A stretch of 64,000 nucleotides of DNA from the NCBI GenBank assembly GCA_013239625.1, contig MU053758.1, positions 1,054,001 to 1,118,000 of the forward strand. The letters run 5' to 3'. The first letter of the stretch is position 1, and each line of letters begins with the position of its first letter. Positions 1-12,779 of this stretch are shown here, piece after piece. The stretch comes from Lama guanicoe. Lineage: Eukaryota. The position numbers and the translations under genes were made by a program. The notes under the pieces were generated by a model, which ran no database searches, was not told the origin of the DNA, and saw nothing but the letters and a program-made list of their open reading frames with translations.

Positions 1-282
1 TTACAGGGACACCATGGCCTGACCCACAGGGACACCTACAAGAACAAAGAATTCCGGCAGCAAGAAGTTTGCAACAACGAACCACACCTCCTCCCCAGTT
101 TTTGTTTGTATAAAAGGAGCCTGTATTCTGACTGGAGTCGGATGGTTCTCCATGACATTCATCTGCCATCCTCTCGGTCTTCCGGCTTTCCGAATAAAGT
201 CATTATTCCTTGCCCCAACACCTTGTCTCCCGATTTATTGGCCTGGCATGCAGCGAGCAGAACAAGTTTGGACTTGGCAACA
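1..282 (+). mobile_element. 3' part of an ERV1-like LTR (solo or 3' LTR), cut by the window start
   Basis: TATAAAA at 109-115, AATAAA at 193-198 and a terminal ...GGCAACA at 282 give U3-R-U5 order. No TGG primer-binding site follows. Family assignment from recall. Confidence 0.7.
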
Positions 283-1304
283 TTCTGAGTCCAGCTCCTC
301 CATAGACTCCAGCTGGTAGAGTTGCACACAGCACCTCCCCCCTGGGCTCCCCCACCCCAACCCAAGGAAGCTGAGAGCCTGGAAACAGCAAGGAAACTGC
401 TTTTGAACCCAGCTCTGGCTTCCTCATTCCGGGAGGCTCTCCAGGGGCTTCTCTTCTGCTGCATTTACACGCTACTCAAGGGCTGCCAGGCTTACACTTA
501 AGTCCTTTTGGGGTGATGCTCCATGGGAGACACTGTCCTGACACTACACACGGACCTTGTACTTTTACACAGAATCCCATCAAAGTGGGGCCCGGAGGAG
601 GGAAAGGAGTTCTGGGGTCTCTGTTGAGGGAGTCTGGGGAGGAGCCATCATTGGGGAAAAATCTCTTCCTTGAAAAGTTCTACTTGAGCACACTAAATTT
701 ACTTAGTCACCACTGCACTTAAGCTGTAAAGAGATCCTGGTGACTTTAACAATAGCAACCCAGGTGGTGGAAGTGGTGGTGCTGAGGATTTGTGGGTCCT
801 CAACTTCCTTCCCAGCCTTCTCTCACCCCCCCCCACCCCTCTACCTCTCTCCAGTGTCTTGTCAACCACTCTCCTGTAACTAACTACCCACCTACCTCTC
901 CCTGCAGAGCACACCAGCTCTCTAGGTCCCCTGTCTTCCTCCTCCCTTCTTCTACAAGCTGACCCTCTCCCACTGTGGGTACCATATGCCACACAGAGGC
1001 TAGGAAATGCCACTGGAAGCTTTCTGGTGCTGTCTTTGTAAATATGAGCTAATAATGGACTAGCTCACAGAAATATTAAAGCATCAAAATAATCAAATCA
1101 GTATTTTTAATAACATATTGAGCTGACATGACCACTGACATCACTTCTGATGATCTGGAATCCAAACAAATAAAGTACTGTGTCTTTCTCCCCTCATTAT
1201 ACCAAGTAGCACTGATTAATGTTCATTATTATAGCTCTGGTAGCCTGCAGGGAAGATTCAGATGCCTTCTAAGTCATCACAAAAGGAGGTGCGATAGATG
1301 TTTC

Positions 1305-1645
1305 CTCAGATGTCTGTGTGGCTCGCTCCCTCACCTCCTTCGGCTCTTTGTTCAAATGTCACCTTCTTGAAGGCTTTCTCAAATGACCCTCATGAAATTG
1401 GCATACTGCCCAGCCTGTCCCCACCCCTTACATTCCTGATACCCATTTCTGCTCTATTTTTCTTCATAGCACTTATCACCAGCTCACATATCTATTTTAT
1501 TCATTTACCTGTGTATTTTCTGTCTTGCACAGAAATTCGTGCACACACAAACACTTGAATAAGCTCCATGCGAGCAAAGATCTTGTTTATGTTGGCTACT
1601 GTTCCATCACAGTGGCTAAAAAAGTACCTGCTACACAGCACTCAG
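1305..1645 (+). mobile_element. Ancient LINE2 3' fragment
   Basis: L2-type motifs CAAATGTCACCTTC and AAGCTCCATG; boundaries approximate. Confidence 0.6.
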
Positions 1646-2862
1646 ACTTTGTCCAGCATATAAAATATGGTTTCATCGGACCTATCACGTGCCAGGCTCT
1701 GTCTGGGGCAAATTAGTAAAAATGATAATTAGAGATTAAGAAAAGTACAATAAAAGAAATATGTAGGGTGCTGAGCTAGAAACTGGGACAGCAGAGACCT
1801 ACGAAGTTAGATTCGGTGCTTGTCAGAGAGGGCCTTTTAGAGATGACACTGAAGTTGAGATGAAGAATGAGAAGACTTGGTACTAGTCAGCAGAGGAAAA
1901 CCCCATCCCCCAGCCATCTGGGATGAAGGAGTGTGGCACCCAGCATAAGAGGACCTGAAGAGAAGAAGAGGGAAGAAATTTTTAGTCTGAAACCTGGGTT
2001 CCACCTCCATGCAACTATTTATTAGCTAAACAGTCTTGAAAAGGTCACATAAACCTGGAGCCTCCCTTTCCTTAAAATGGGGGTGAGACCACCTACTTCA
2101 CAGGTGTGAGCCCTCTTAGATAATGTATGGGATAGTGTTGAAGTGTAAAATGCACGCCTGGTGTTGTGATGGGTAAATGGGTAAGTACTGTGAACTCCGT
2201 ACCCTTCAAGTGTGAATCTGCCACTGGCCTCGAGGATCCTGAAGGGAAAGCTTGTCCTCTGGTATACTACTCAGACCAAAGGCACCCAAACATGGCAAAG
2301 CCTGACGCCATTCACTGGTGGAGCATTTGTGCTGCTAGGCATCTGTCTCGTTTCAGATTGTGTCCTGTCGTGCCTGTGTCTTGGGAGAATTCTGCTGAGG
2401 TGTCCGGGCACCATGGCTCCCTTGCCCAGGTCGTGTGAGAGGAGTGGGAGAACTTCTTCTGCACAGAGGGGTTCCTCTAGAACTGTCCTCATCGGCTCCC
2501 ACTGCTAGAAGCTGTCTCTGAGACCCAAAGGATGACCTGATATATCTGTCCCCACGGTACCTACCAGGAGTCAAAAGACAGACTGGACTTCGCCCGTGTT
2601 TTCTGCTGGCCTCACGACAGCCTGCGGACATCGATGCAAACCAAACCCACAAGCCAGAGAGAAGTTAGGAGGGGAAAGAGGGGCCTGTCCTGGGACACTG
2701 AGGATGCCGAGAGCTCTGGGCTTTGAGGGGCGGAGGGCGAGGGAAAGGAGAGGTGGGGGAAGGAGGGCTGGGGTGTGGGCGCGGGCGGAGAGGGCGGGAA
2801 GGGGGGGCGAGGAGGAAAAGGCCGCGGGGAAAGGAAGCACCCGCGCGGAGGGGCAGAGGGGG

Positions 2863-3070
2863 NNNNNNNNNNNNNNNNNNNNNNNNNNNNNNNNNNNNNN
2901 NNNNNNNNNNNNNNNNNNNNNNNNNNNNNNNNNNNNNNNNNNNNNNNNNNNNNNNNNNNNNNNNNNNNNNNNNNNNNNNNNNNNNNNNNNNNNNNNNNNN
3001 NNNNNNNNNNNNNNNNNNNNNNNNNNNNNNNNNNNNNNNNNNNNNNNNNNNNNNNNNNNNNNNNNNNNNN
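2863..3070. other. Assembly gap (208 N), probably hiding COPZ2 exon 1 and the start codon
   Basis: N run inside the CpG island. The ~37 N-terminal residues of the recalled human COPZ2 are not encoded in the visible sequence. Confidence 0.85.
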
Positions 3071-3420
3071 GGGGGCGGGGGGGCGCCAGCTCGCGAGCCG
3101 CGCGCCGGACGCCGGGGAACTTGGTGCCGCCAGGACGGGCCGGGGAGGGGCGGCGCCCGCACAGGCAGAAAAGTTCTCGAGGAGGCCGGTCTGCGTCCGC
3201 GCGGGCGAAGTTCTGCCGCAGTCGGAGCGGGCTGGGGCACGGCTCGGCCGAGCTGGATTGCGCTTCTCCCGGAGGCCCCGGGAGCAGAGGGGCCGTCCCG
3301 GGCCGTGGGCTGTCGGGCGTGCTTCTGGAGTCCACCCGGGCCGGGGGGCTGGGGGCGCGCGGAGAGCGCGGGTCCAGCTTCGGCCAAGGGCCGCTGGAGG
3401 AGGAGGAGGCTCGGCGCCGC

Positions 3421-3507
3421 TGTCCCCCCCGGCCCAGGTTCTGTGATACACTCCGACTCGGGCTCTGGAGCAGTCAGTGCATGACAGAACTTGGGCCCGG
3501 AAGGACC
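3421..3507 (+). ncRNA. MIR152: pre-miR-152 hairpin; miR-152-5p at 3436-3458, miR-152-3p TCAGTGCATGACAGAACTTGG at 3474-3494
   Basis: Matches the recalled mammalian mir-152 precursor. The arm CCCAGGTTCTGTGA pairs with TGACAGAACTTGGG. Location in COPZ2 intron 1 is the known one. Confidence 0.98.
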
Positions 3508-3747
3508 TTCTGCACCCCATGGGCACAGCGCCCAATCCGGGCCTGCAGTGGAACATCTGCCTGGGAGAGGAGCAGGGCACCCAAGTGGCCCACGTGGCAC
3601 AGGGTTGGGCCGGAACCAGCTGTGGACCTTTGGGGCTGGGGTTGCTGGTGCCTGAGGATGGACTCCTGGTGCCAGCAGATCTCATAGAGCCAATGACAGG
3701 GAGTCTGCCTTGAGTCAGGGGCCAACGGAGCTCTTCCCCCATGTCAG

Positions 3748-3822
3748 TTGCAGGAACCTTCCCTCTACACCATCAAGGCTGTTTTCATCCTAGATAATGA
3801 CGGACACCGCCTGCTGGCCAAG
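3748..3822 (+). CDS. COPZ2: COPZ2 exon 2 ([25 protein letters not shown])
   Basis: cag|TTG ... AAG|gtaacc, 75 nt. Confidence 0.93.
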
Positions 3823-6800
3823 GTAACCTCCCGCCCTCACCGGAGGGCCCCTGAAGACCCTGTGCCACAACCCCAAGCACAGAAGGGACTCTTCTGTCTC
3901 CTGTCACAGAGACCCCACTGTGGACTCTTGTGACTCAGAGCATCTCATCTGAGACCCTTCCAAAGGTCATCCTGTCCATCCTCCTGCCTTGTCAGACTGC
4001 TGGCCCCTGAAGGGGAAGCCTGTCTAGTCTCTTTCTACTCATGTTCCCTACCATGTCTTCTCCCCATCCTTTCCGCTGGCCTGGGACCCGGGAGTTCTAG
4101 TCCCCAAATTCTAAACAGGCAACCTCCGCTTTTCTTCTACAGCTCGGTAACCACTAAACCTTTAGAACCAGACAGGATTTTAGAGACTATATAATCCAAC
4201 TTTCATTTCACAAATGAGGAAAATGCGGTGTAGGGAAGCTCAGTGAGTTGCCTGAGGTGGTCACAGATACTAATATCAGAACAGAGGTCCAAACTCAGGT
4301 ATTTTGACTTGAGGCTCAATAGGGTGGTTTTTCACTGCAGTTCACTGCACAGTTATCTTGCTTCTATCCTAGTGAACATGGCCAGGATAAACCAAACTAG
4401 AATAATCCAAGAATAAATGTTTACCATCAACACAATTAACTAGAGTAGGGCTGTAGTACCTAAACTCGTTATGAAATGCATTAAAGATTTTTCATTTGTT
4501 TGAGGCTGAAACTTTTTGTCTTCATGGCATTCAAATGAGCTTGTTCACCACAGCAGTGGCCAGCAGGGACTACTATTTTGCGGATGGGGTCCTAAGTGGC
4601 AAAATCCACAGGCAGGAGATTGAAAGCTGAGCTGAGCATCCCTTGCCCCAGCAGATGGTCCGAGGTAGCTCAGCAGTACCAATACCAGGGCCTCCCAGCA
4701 GCTCACATCTATGTTCAGATGCAGAAGCTGAGTCAGAGAGTCAGCAAACCCAAACAAAACGGCATTGATTAACTTAGGCGGTGTGTGCCGGGAACTTTTC
4801 CTTAGACATTTAATCTTCACCATAACCCTGTCTGATGTCAGACCATCATTGCTGTTGAAACCCAGCTCTGCCCCTTACAACTGTGAGATGTCAGGGGAGC
4901 TACCTGACTTCTTCACATCTGAGTTTCCCCATCTCTATAATGTGGATAATAAAGTTGCTGTTGTGATTGTTACTGTGTTAAAGGGCCCCTGGCTCTGCCA
5001 TCTTTCCTGCAAACTCCGGTTAGTGTAGAAACTGTGACCAAGTGACCATGCCAGTCTTTAGCTCACTGCACATCAGCTGAATGTTCAGAGGCCTCCAAGA
5101 AATCAGGAGAGAACTCCAAAAGCAGGCCTCAGAATTCTTTTCCTTTCTATGACTTTCTTTGCTCAGAATTTGTATTTATGGGGAAACAATGAGCAGATGG
5201 ACCAAGAGGGCAGTAAAGAGGAGACGGGGAACGGCAACAGAGTCCTGCTTGGCTAGCACCCACCACTTCCTGCCATCCATCCAGGCCCTGTGGAACAGCT
5301 GTCACCTTTTCTCCTTCCCTTTCTCATAGTATTATGATGACACATTCCCCTCCATGAAGGAGCAGATGGCCTTCGAGAAAAATGTCTTCAACAAGACCAG
5401 CCGGACTGACAGTAAGTGTCCGCCTCTTCCTCGCCCAGAACTCTCAGATGCACAGCGTCATCTTCTCCATCTGGACACATCTGTCCCCATCGGCCTCACA
5501 CACCCATAGGGCATTCTTTCTTCTTCAGAGGTGCTTTTTCTCTCCTTCCCAGCTGTTCTTTTCTCCCTTCCTCCAGTGTGCCTTCACTCCCCTTCTTCTC
5601 AAACCAACCCCCACCACCTTCCAGCACACCTGGACCTCTCCCTCAGTGGAAGAGGACAACTGTGTTGTGGGTCCCCCACCAGCCTGGGGCTGGTGCAAGG
5701 CATTGCATATGGGGCTGGAAGGTTGACCTTGAACTGGGTTTGTTGACTCCTCAGAATGAGGCAGTCAGTTGCTAGAAAAGGAGTGGAGTCTTGGGGGAAG
5801 GGACACAGAGTAGCCTAATGGTGGTGTCCCTAGTGCTCATCTTTCCAAAGGTTCTAGGCTTTCTAAAGTTTCTTTGGAAAGGGAAGAAAGAAATAGAGGG
5901 AGAGGTGCAGAGCTGGAGATGGGGACAAGGGATCAGGCAGAGGTGACCAGACTGAAAGTTCCCTTCACTTCCAGGTGAGATTGCGTTTTTGGGGGGCATG
6001 ACCATCGTCTACAAGAGCAGCATTGACCTCTTCCTGTATGTGGTGGGCTCATCCTCCGAGAATGAGGTGAATTCAGGAGGTTGGGGTGACGAGGGTCTGT
6101 CTGTGGGGGAATGGCTTAGAGTCTGGGGTAGAAGCTGGGCTCTGAAGGCTCACTGTTGGTACCTCTCCTTCTAGGCTTTGGGGGACTGGGAGCAGCCAGA
6201 ATGGTTCTTTTTGGAACAATTCATACCCATGATGCCCCTTAGATTCCTTGGGTACCAGAAATGAAGTCCTCTGTAGGGAACCTTCGTTTCTGTCTTTTTA
6301 TTTTTCTTTCTTCTTTTTTTTTTTTTTAATGGAGGTACTGGGGACTGAACCCAGGACCTCACTTTGTTTCTTAAACATCACTGGAGAAGGATGTACTCAG
6401 TTTCCCACAGTGGGCACTCCAGTGCTTCCCAACCCAAACACGGGGAGGCGCCCTCTCAGGTCAGGCTGCATTCAGGCTCCAGCCCTGTCCTATGGGAAAA
6501 GGGACAGCTGCCCACCACTGCCCACACAGATAGGCTCTGAGGTTCCCTTTCGGCCTTCTCAAACTCAGGTCTCTTGTTTTCCTCCTCCCGTGTCGGCCCA
6601 CCCCCAGCTGATGCTCATGTCTGTGCTCACTTGCCTGTTTGAGTCCCTGAACCATGTGTTAAGGTGAGTGATGTAAGTGATGTCCTCTGTCCTCCAAGGC
6701 CCCCATCCCCTTAGGCCTTGATACATCACAGAGGCAGGGCCCTTCCTACCTGGTTTTCTCCTGAGGTCCCCACAAGACTAAGGCTGGAGCCAGAGCATCC

Positions 6801-8633
6801 TACTGCAAGGCCCCTGCCTTTTACCTGATCACACGTGGCTATAGCCAGAAAATGAGACCTAAAGAAGCTAAGTGATTTGCCTGAGGTTACAAGCTATTTA
6901 TGTCAGAGCAGAGATTCAAACTCAGGAGGGTGGTTTTCCCTCCACCCCGATTCAGTGATCTAGCCTGGGCAAGCCGAACTCGGATAACCCAACGATAAAT
7001 GTCCACAGTCGACACAATTAACTATGGTAGAGTTGAACTGAACTGCTATGAAATACTTAAGGGTGGGCATAGGGTCAGTGACCAAAGTGTGGGAGGTTGG
7101 ACAGGGGGAGCTTAACAGAAGCAGAGCCTCTGTGCTGGAATCCCTTGCACAGGTGCTGCCTTCACTGCCCTTGACATTCTCCTTCCTGTGCTTGTTGTGG
7201 CAGGGTGGGAAATGAGGCAATCTTTGGAGAGAGAGGGTCTGCCCCCCTAGGTGGGGACCCGGCTCCTCCTGGCTGCAGGGAGATTCTGAAGCTGTGTCTG
7301 CCTTCAGGAAGAACGTGGAGAAGCGCTGGTTGCTGGAGAACATGGACGGAGCCTTCCTGGTGCTGGATGAGATCGTGGATGGCGGGTGAGGAGTGGGGAG
7401 AGAGGGGCTGGTCAGGGACACTCAAAGCAGGAGGTGCCTTTGGGGGTCATCAGCTCTCGATTGCACCCAGCACATTGTTGGCTCTCTGGCCAACTTCTCC
7501 CTCCCTTCCTGCAGCATATTCCCGGTGACCCCATCCGCCCATGCCACTCATGAGTTTGGAGACTGACTTCAGTGTAAGCCAAAGTCAAGCACAAGAAAGT
7601 AATCTGATGTCAAACTATGGCTGGCTGTTGACTAGGCAGGGTCTGGGGGGAACGGTTTGCTCTCCAGTGCCCAGGAAAAGCAGGCAGCACAGAAACTTGC
7701 CCCTCCCTGGAAAGACTTCACTCAGGCAGAGCCTTGCTACCACCACACCTCCCGCTCTTAGATGACCTTTCCAACACTGGCTAGATGCATGACCTAGCCC
7801 AGCTCCTTATTTTCCGTATTTTCTCCATCTTTCAAATGGTGATGATAAAGGAACCACCTCAAAGGGTGTGGGGTTAAATGAGGTGATGCAGGTGAAGCTC
7901 ATGGTTCTCTTTCTATAAACGTTTCCTCCTGTTGGTATACAATTATATCCTTAGGAAGCTGGGAGCTCTTATGAGAAGGGTTGGTTAGTGAATTTCCTTG
8001 GGGGGCAATATTCAGGGAGAAAAAGAAGTTCTGGCTCTGGGGCAAAGGATAATGGAAACTGCTCACCTTGAAGGCATCCACATGCCTCTTATCATTATAT
8101 CCATTTTATTGATGAGGATACAGGCTCAGAGATTCAAGTGACTTGCCCAAGGTTACGTGGTGAGGGAGTGGCAGGGCCTCGATCTAAAGCCATGTACGTG
8201 TTTTGAGAGACTGCTCTTTCTGTGGCCCTGTACCACACTGCCGGGGGGCAGGGGCTCTGGGGCTGGGGTACTGTGGAATCCTCCCTCCTTCGCTCTGTAG
8301 CTGTTGACCCCCTGCTACTGCAAGGCCTTGTGCTAACTGCTAGGACCGAACAGTGAGGGGAATAAGACCAGGTCTTGTGGAATATACGATTTGTGAATAC
8401 AGTTTGGTGGAACCTCTTTAAGTAAAACTCACATACACACAATTACAGATATAAAATGAGGTGCAGGCCTTAAAAGGGGCCCTTCCTGCAAGAGAGGTTG
8501 TAAACTTTATCAGCTTCTGGTCTGTAACCCTAGTAGGCCCAGCCTCTGCCTGCTGAGGGACTCACAGTTTCCCTCCAGTGAAAATCAGGAGCTATACTTC
8601 AATAAAAATGTGTATGTGTATATATACATGTAT

Positions 8634-8674
<41 letters not shown>

Positions 8675-11600
8675 CCTGAACTGGAGCCTTGGCCTGGGAT
8701 GTCTGTGTAAAGGACCTCTGGTGAGGGACCTGGGGCTGCAAGTGCCCCTGTGAGGAGCCTGGAAGAGGCTCTCAAGAAGTGTTTGTTCACTTCCTTCTGC
8801 CCTGGAGGAGACTCACTCAGTCCCCATGGGCCCTACTCCACAGTGACCAGCCCTCACCCCTGCACATACCCACACATGGCCCCAGAGCACCCCCAGGGCA
8901 TGAGAGAGTTGCCAACTAGCTGAGAAAAGCCTCCATGTTTGGGTCTATCAAAAGGGAAGCTAGGTTCTGATTTTGGGAGTTCCATGGTATAAAATAATAG
9001 TGAAACAAGATAGAGACCTCAGAGGGGCCTCCCTCCCTTCACTGCATCTGAATCCATCCCTAGACACAGAGATGAAGTGAACTTTCTAGAGCTCTTGAGT
9101 TTTTGAACCCCTGCTTTTGACAACCTGATCGTTCTAGACTGCACTGCCCTCACCTAACCTCTAAGGGTTTGCTCAAGTGTGTAAGAATCTGGGCTGAAGG
9201 CTTTCCGTGGTGAGGGAGTTCTAACTTGAGCAATATCAGCAGTAAGGTACCTTGGGGTGAGGATGTTGCAGGATATGGCAAGGGAGGGAAGGGTTTAGCA
9301 AGGAAAGGAAGCAGAGGGGCGAAGCATGTGGTTAATTTTCCTCCTGGTTTCTCTCATCTTGTAGTGTGATTCTGGAGAGTGACCCCCAGCAAGTGATCCA
9401 GAAAGTGAATTTTAGGGTAAGAGTCACCCTGTATCCCCCCTCACTCCCACGTCCCCCAGGCGGCCCTTCCCATCCTCCCCACCTCCTGTCTTCCCTGTGT
9501 CTGGGCTGCAGGACCCGGATGGTGGGAGTACAAGCTCCTCCAGCAGAAGAAACCAGTAAGCAGATGCATTTGTAGGGGGAGTGGCTGTCTGGGGGTTATT
9601 GGTTAGTAAAAGAGATCTCTGTCCTCTCCCCCTGTAGAGAGAGACAAACACCTCACCATCCTCCCTGGTGGAAAGCACCGACTGGGGAAATAAATCAGTC
9701 CTCAGAGAGACACCAGGTGGCTGCCTTGGGCTTGGAGCTGGAGTTGGGGTGTAGATGGAATCTCCCTGCCTAGTTTGGCTTCTCATGTTTGGATGAAACC
9801 TTTCCTCTCATCTTTATTCCCCCATCAATCTCTTGCCCACCTTACACCATAGACGGCCTTGGGGGTCCTGGCTTCTAAATGACAGGCCCTAGGACTTCCA
9901 CTAAGTGTGATACACATCCAGTTCGTGATCCCCTAATCACTGCGTCCCCTCACCGCTGCCCCCCCCAAGCCTCTTACCTTCACCTCTCTTTCTTCATCCA
10001 ATACCCTTGCCCTGGCTTGACCACCTTTGACTCTGCTTCCCTGCAGGCAGATGACAGCGGCTTGACTGAACACAGCGTGGCCCAGGTAGGTCCCCTCTGT
10101 CTGCCTTGGTCAGAAATGGGTTAGAGAGAGGAGAGCAGAGCATCCCAGAGGGGACCCAGGGGGCTGTCAAAGCTGAGAAATCAGGGGTGCAGGAGGGAAG
10201 GGATGAGGCAGTGACAGGCCACCTCTTAGAGACAGTCATTGGAGGCTTCTAGGGTCCCCGAGGTGATGTGGAGCTGGGTATTAATAAATGATGGATGACT
10301 TCCTGGCAGCTCACCTCATCTCTGGCTTGATGTAGTTGGATTGAAACCCAGGATGAGCCCACCCCGGAGAGAGCTGGGTCACTTGTTCCTCAAGGCAGTC
10401 TGGGAGCTCAGGCCTCTGATGCTTCCCCCAGACCAGAGAAGATACCAAAGAGAGTTTTCCTCCAAACCCTCACCCCTAGCTGTTTAAGGTCAACACTGAG
10501 ATTGTTAAGAGACCCTTAGACCCATGACAGGGTCTAATCCTCACCACTTGCCACCTTGTCCCGAGTGACCTGACTGTGGAAAAGTCTACCCCTGCCAGTC
10601 CCCGCCGTGGTCCTGTCTGAGGGGTGCATGTGGGGCAGGGGGGAGGTTTCCAGATCTGTGGCCTGACTGGTTTCCCAGTGTGCAGACTTCCTGCTTGTCA
10701 GGCTTGGCCTCCATTCTGTCTGCCCGCAGGTCTCTCTGCCCAGACTAACCCTGCTTTTATGGAGCTTCCTGCCCTGGCACTAACTTCCTCCTGCTGTGGT
10801 GGCCCAGGCCGAGATGGGCCTGTGCCGTCCCATGTGGAGCCCCAGGAGTGGTGCCCACTGTCCGGTGACTGCCCTTTGTGCTTACTCTGCCTCTCCCCTT
10901 CCCGGTTCCCCATGCCTCCTCCTACCCCACTGAGGTGAATGCAGCCCTGTGGCAATTCTCAGGCCAAGGAGGTTAAGGAGCAAAGAGCAGGGCAGGTAAG
11001 AACAGGGCTGCTGGTGTGAGTCATCCCAGGATATATGTTCGACCTTATCACCTACAAGCTGGGTCACTGAGGACAAGTTCCTCGACCTCTCTGGGCCTCA
11101 CATAATCACACGACATTCCTCACAGAGTTATTATGAGAATTAGATGAGCTAATACATGGAAAGCTCTTAGCACAGATCCTATTTTCCAAAGGGAGAAAGA
11201 ATGAAGACATAGCACTTTAAATGAAATTCTTGAGTAAAAACCAAGGAAGTTGCAGGTAGTGAATGGGAGATGGAAAGAAGAGAAAGTTAGATTCCAGCTG
11301 GGAGAAGGAGAATCCCAGGGCCAAGCTGTCCCTAAGAGAGGGCAGGAGGAAGGGACACACAGTGTGGGATGGGCCTTCTTCAGAAAGGAAAGAGCCTTGA
11401 TGGCTGGAGGAGCCATCTGAGGGACATACCTGGGGTCCCCATCATGTTGTGATGGATTCGTATAAACATGGGACTGAGGCCATTTCCTCATCAGGATGAG
11501 AGTGAACACATTTGAGTGCAGGTGTCCCCTGGCAGACTGGCCAGGAACCCTTTGCCAGCTGTGCCACATCAGCAGCAGGTTGGGTGGGGTGTTGAGGATA

Positions 11601-12057
11601 CACTGCCAGCCCAGGCCAGAGCTAGGGGTTTGCTGAGGTGTCTGGGCTCAGGAAGTGTCAGGCCAGGGCGTCTCTGCCTGGACGTGGCACTGTGGGCGGG
11701 AGCTCGCATGGCCTGGTGCGGGGGAGACAGGGCTGCTGCCACACCCTGGCTGCAGATGCAGGAACTGGAGGGCTGGGCAGGTTTTGGCCTGGACTGGTGG
11801 TTGGCTGCAGCCAGTTTGAGCTGCTCTTTCAGTCTTGATGGCCTGGCCCTACTGAAACCAGGCAGAGGTGAGCTGCTGCCACCTAGTGACCGGGGATTGC
11901 AGGGACACTTAGAGAAGGTGGCTGTAGACCTCCCCCTCACTGCAGTTGTTAACATACTTGACATTCCCCCTAGTAATTCTGTCAACCTTCCACACCCCGC
12001 CCCACCCAGGTTCTTCAGTCTGCCAAGGAACAAATTAAATGGTCGTTACTGAAATGA
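3748..12057 (+). CDS. COPZ2: Coatomer subunit zeta-2, 5'-partial: join(3748-3822,5330-5411,5975-6066,6608-6663,7308-7385,9365-9416,10047-10085,12010-12057)
   Basis: Eight exons with GT-AG introns splice in frame to 173 aa, [19 protein letters not shown]...[15 protein letters not shown], matching zeta-COP2. The gene hosts MIR152. Confidence 0.97.
5330..5411 (+). CDS. COPZ2: COPZ2 exon 3 ([27 protein letters not shown])
   Basis: tag|TAT ... A|gtaagt, 82 nt. Confidence 0.95.
5975..6066 (+). CDS. COPZ2: COPZ2 exon 4 ([30 protein letters not shown])
   Basis: cag|GT ... GAG|gtgaat, 92 nt. Confidence 0.95.
6290..6362 (-). mobile_element. Truncated tRNA-derived SINE (Vic-1-like)
   Basis: T-tail plus AATGGAGGTACTGGGGACTGAACCCAGGACCTC, the reverse complement of the core of the SINE at 16891. 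Confidence 0.7.
6608..6663 (+). CDS. COPZ2: COPZ2 exon 5 ([19 protein letters not shown])
   Basis: cag|CTG ... AG|gtgagt, 56 nt. Confidence 0.95.
7308..7385 (+). CDS. COPZ2: COPZ2 exon 6 ([25 protein letters not shown])
   Basis: cag|G ... GG|gtgagg, 78 nt. Confidence 0.95.
8608..8674. repeat. Compound (TA)n/(CA)n microsatellite
   Basis: Direct reading. Confidence 0.9.
9365..9416 (+). CDS. COPZ2: COPZ2 exon 7 ([17 protein letters not shown])
   Basis: tag|T ... AGG|gtaaga, 52 nt. Confidence 0.95.
10047..10085 (+). CDS. COPZ2: COPZ2 exon 8 ([13 protein letters not shown])
   Basis: cag|GCA ... CAG|gtaggt, 39 nt. Confidence 0.93.
11874..11889 (-). promoter_or_regulatory. Candidate CTCF site TCACTAGGTGGCAGCA
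   Basis: One mismatch to the CCASYAGRKGGCRS core; lies in COPZ2 intron 8. Confidence 0.5.
12010..12057 (+). CDS. COPZ2: COPZ2 exon 9, coding part ([15 protein letters not shown])
   Basis: cag|GTT ... TGA. Confidence 0.95.
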   Translation, partial: VLQSAKEQIKWSLLK

Positions 12058-12330
12058 AGGCTGTGCATTCAAGGCTCCCTACCCCTAGATCATTCCCCCC
12101 CAAATCCTGGCAAAAGCACAAAGACCCCAGGGGACACTGGAGACCCCTCTATATCCCCGGGCCCTCCCAGAATTGACTCCCAGAGGTCTCTGGCCAAGGA
12201 CTCTGAGATGCAAAGATTTGGCTTCAGCACTGAGTCACCCCTTCTCACTGCCCTGGCCTGCCCTTTCTGCCGTGAGAACCAGCTGAGCTGCCTTTACTCA
12301 GACCTTAGGCATCTGTGGCCCCAGAGCACA

Positions 12331-12336
12331 AATAAA
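12331..12336 (+). terminator. COPZ2 polyadenylation signal AATAAA
   Basis: First AATAAA after the stop (~270 nt downstream), followed by pyrimidine- and GT-rich sequence. Confidence 0.8.
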
Positions 12337-12779
12337 CCTGCTTTTATCTCCTGCCAGTGGTCTCCTTCTCTCTTGGGCTGGGAAGAGTGTGTGTGCGTGT
12401 TCTGATAAGGGCTTCTGCACTCTGCGTGGCTTGTCTTCAAAATGCCCAGCACCATGTATCCTTGTGGTTGTGTGACTGGGGAGAGGGGTGGGTCAATGAA
12501 AAGGGAACAATTTAACATAGTGAGGGGGTATGACACTGATACTCGGACCCAATATGTGGTGGGGAGGGCTGGGTATGATTGTGTGACATGATGAAAGAGT
12601 TATGGTGGGAGGAATGTGTATTTGGGAGGAAAAGGAGAACAGAAGATGGTACAGACATGGTGGCCACGCTAGGGATTCTTTGAGTCACTTTTTCCATTAT
12701 CAGCCTCCAGAAGGGAAGGGCGGAAGGCTTCCTCCAGACAAACTGAGGAACAGCACCCTGTTTTTCTTGGCATTCTCGG

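Larger units (their letters stand above)
2700..3560. promoter_or_regulatory. CpG island / promoter of COPZ2 and MIR152
   Basis: Very GC- and CpG-rich with several GGGCGG boxes and G-runs, directly upstream of COPZ2 exon 2. Confidence 0.85.

Noticed and set aside
2571..3742. Six overlapping long ORFs (223-376 aa) across the N gap
   Set aside because: Artefacts of the N run and of stop-poor GC-rich CpG-island sequence, with low-complexity G/R/P/A translations.
3748..3753. Alternative in-frame acceptor (CAG ending at 3753) in COPZ2 exon 2
   Set aside because: Possible, but nothing in the sequence supports its use, and the recalled ortholog retains LQ.
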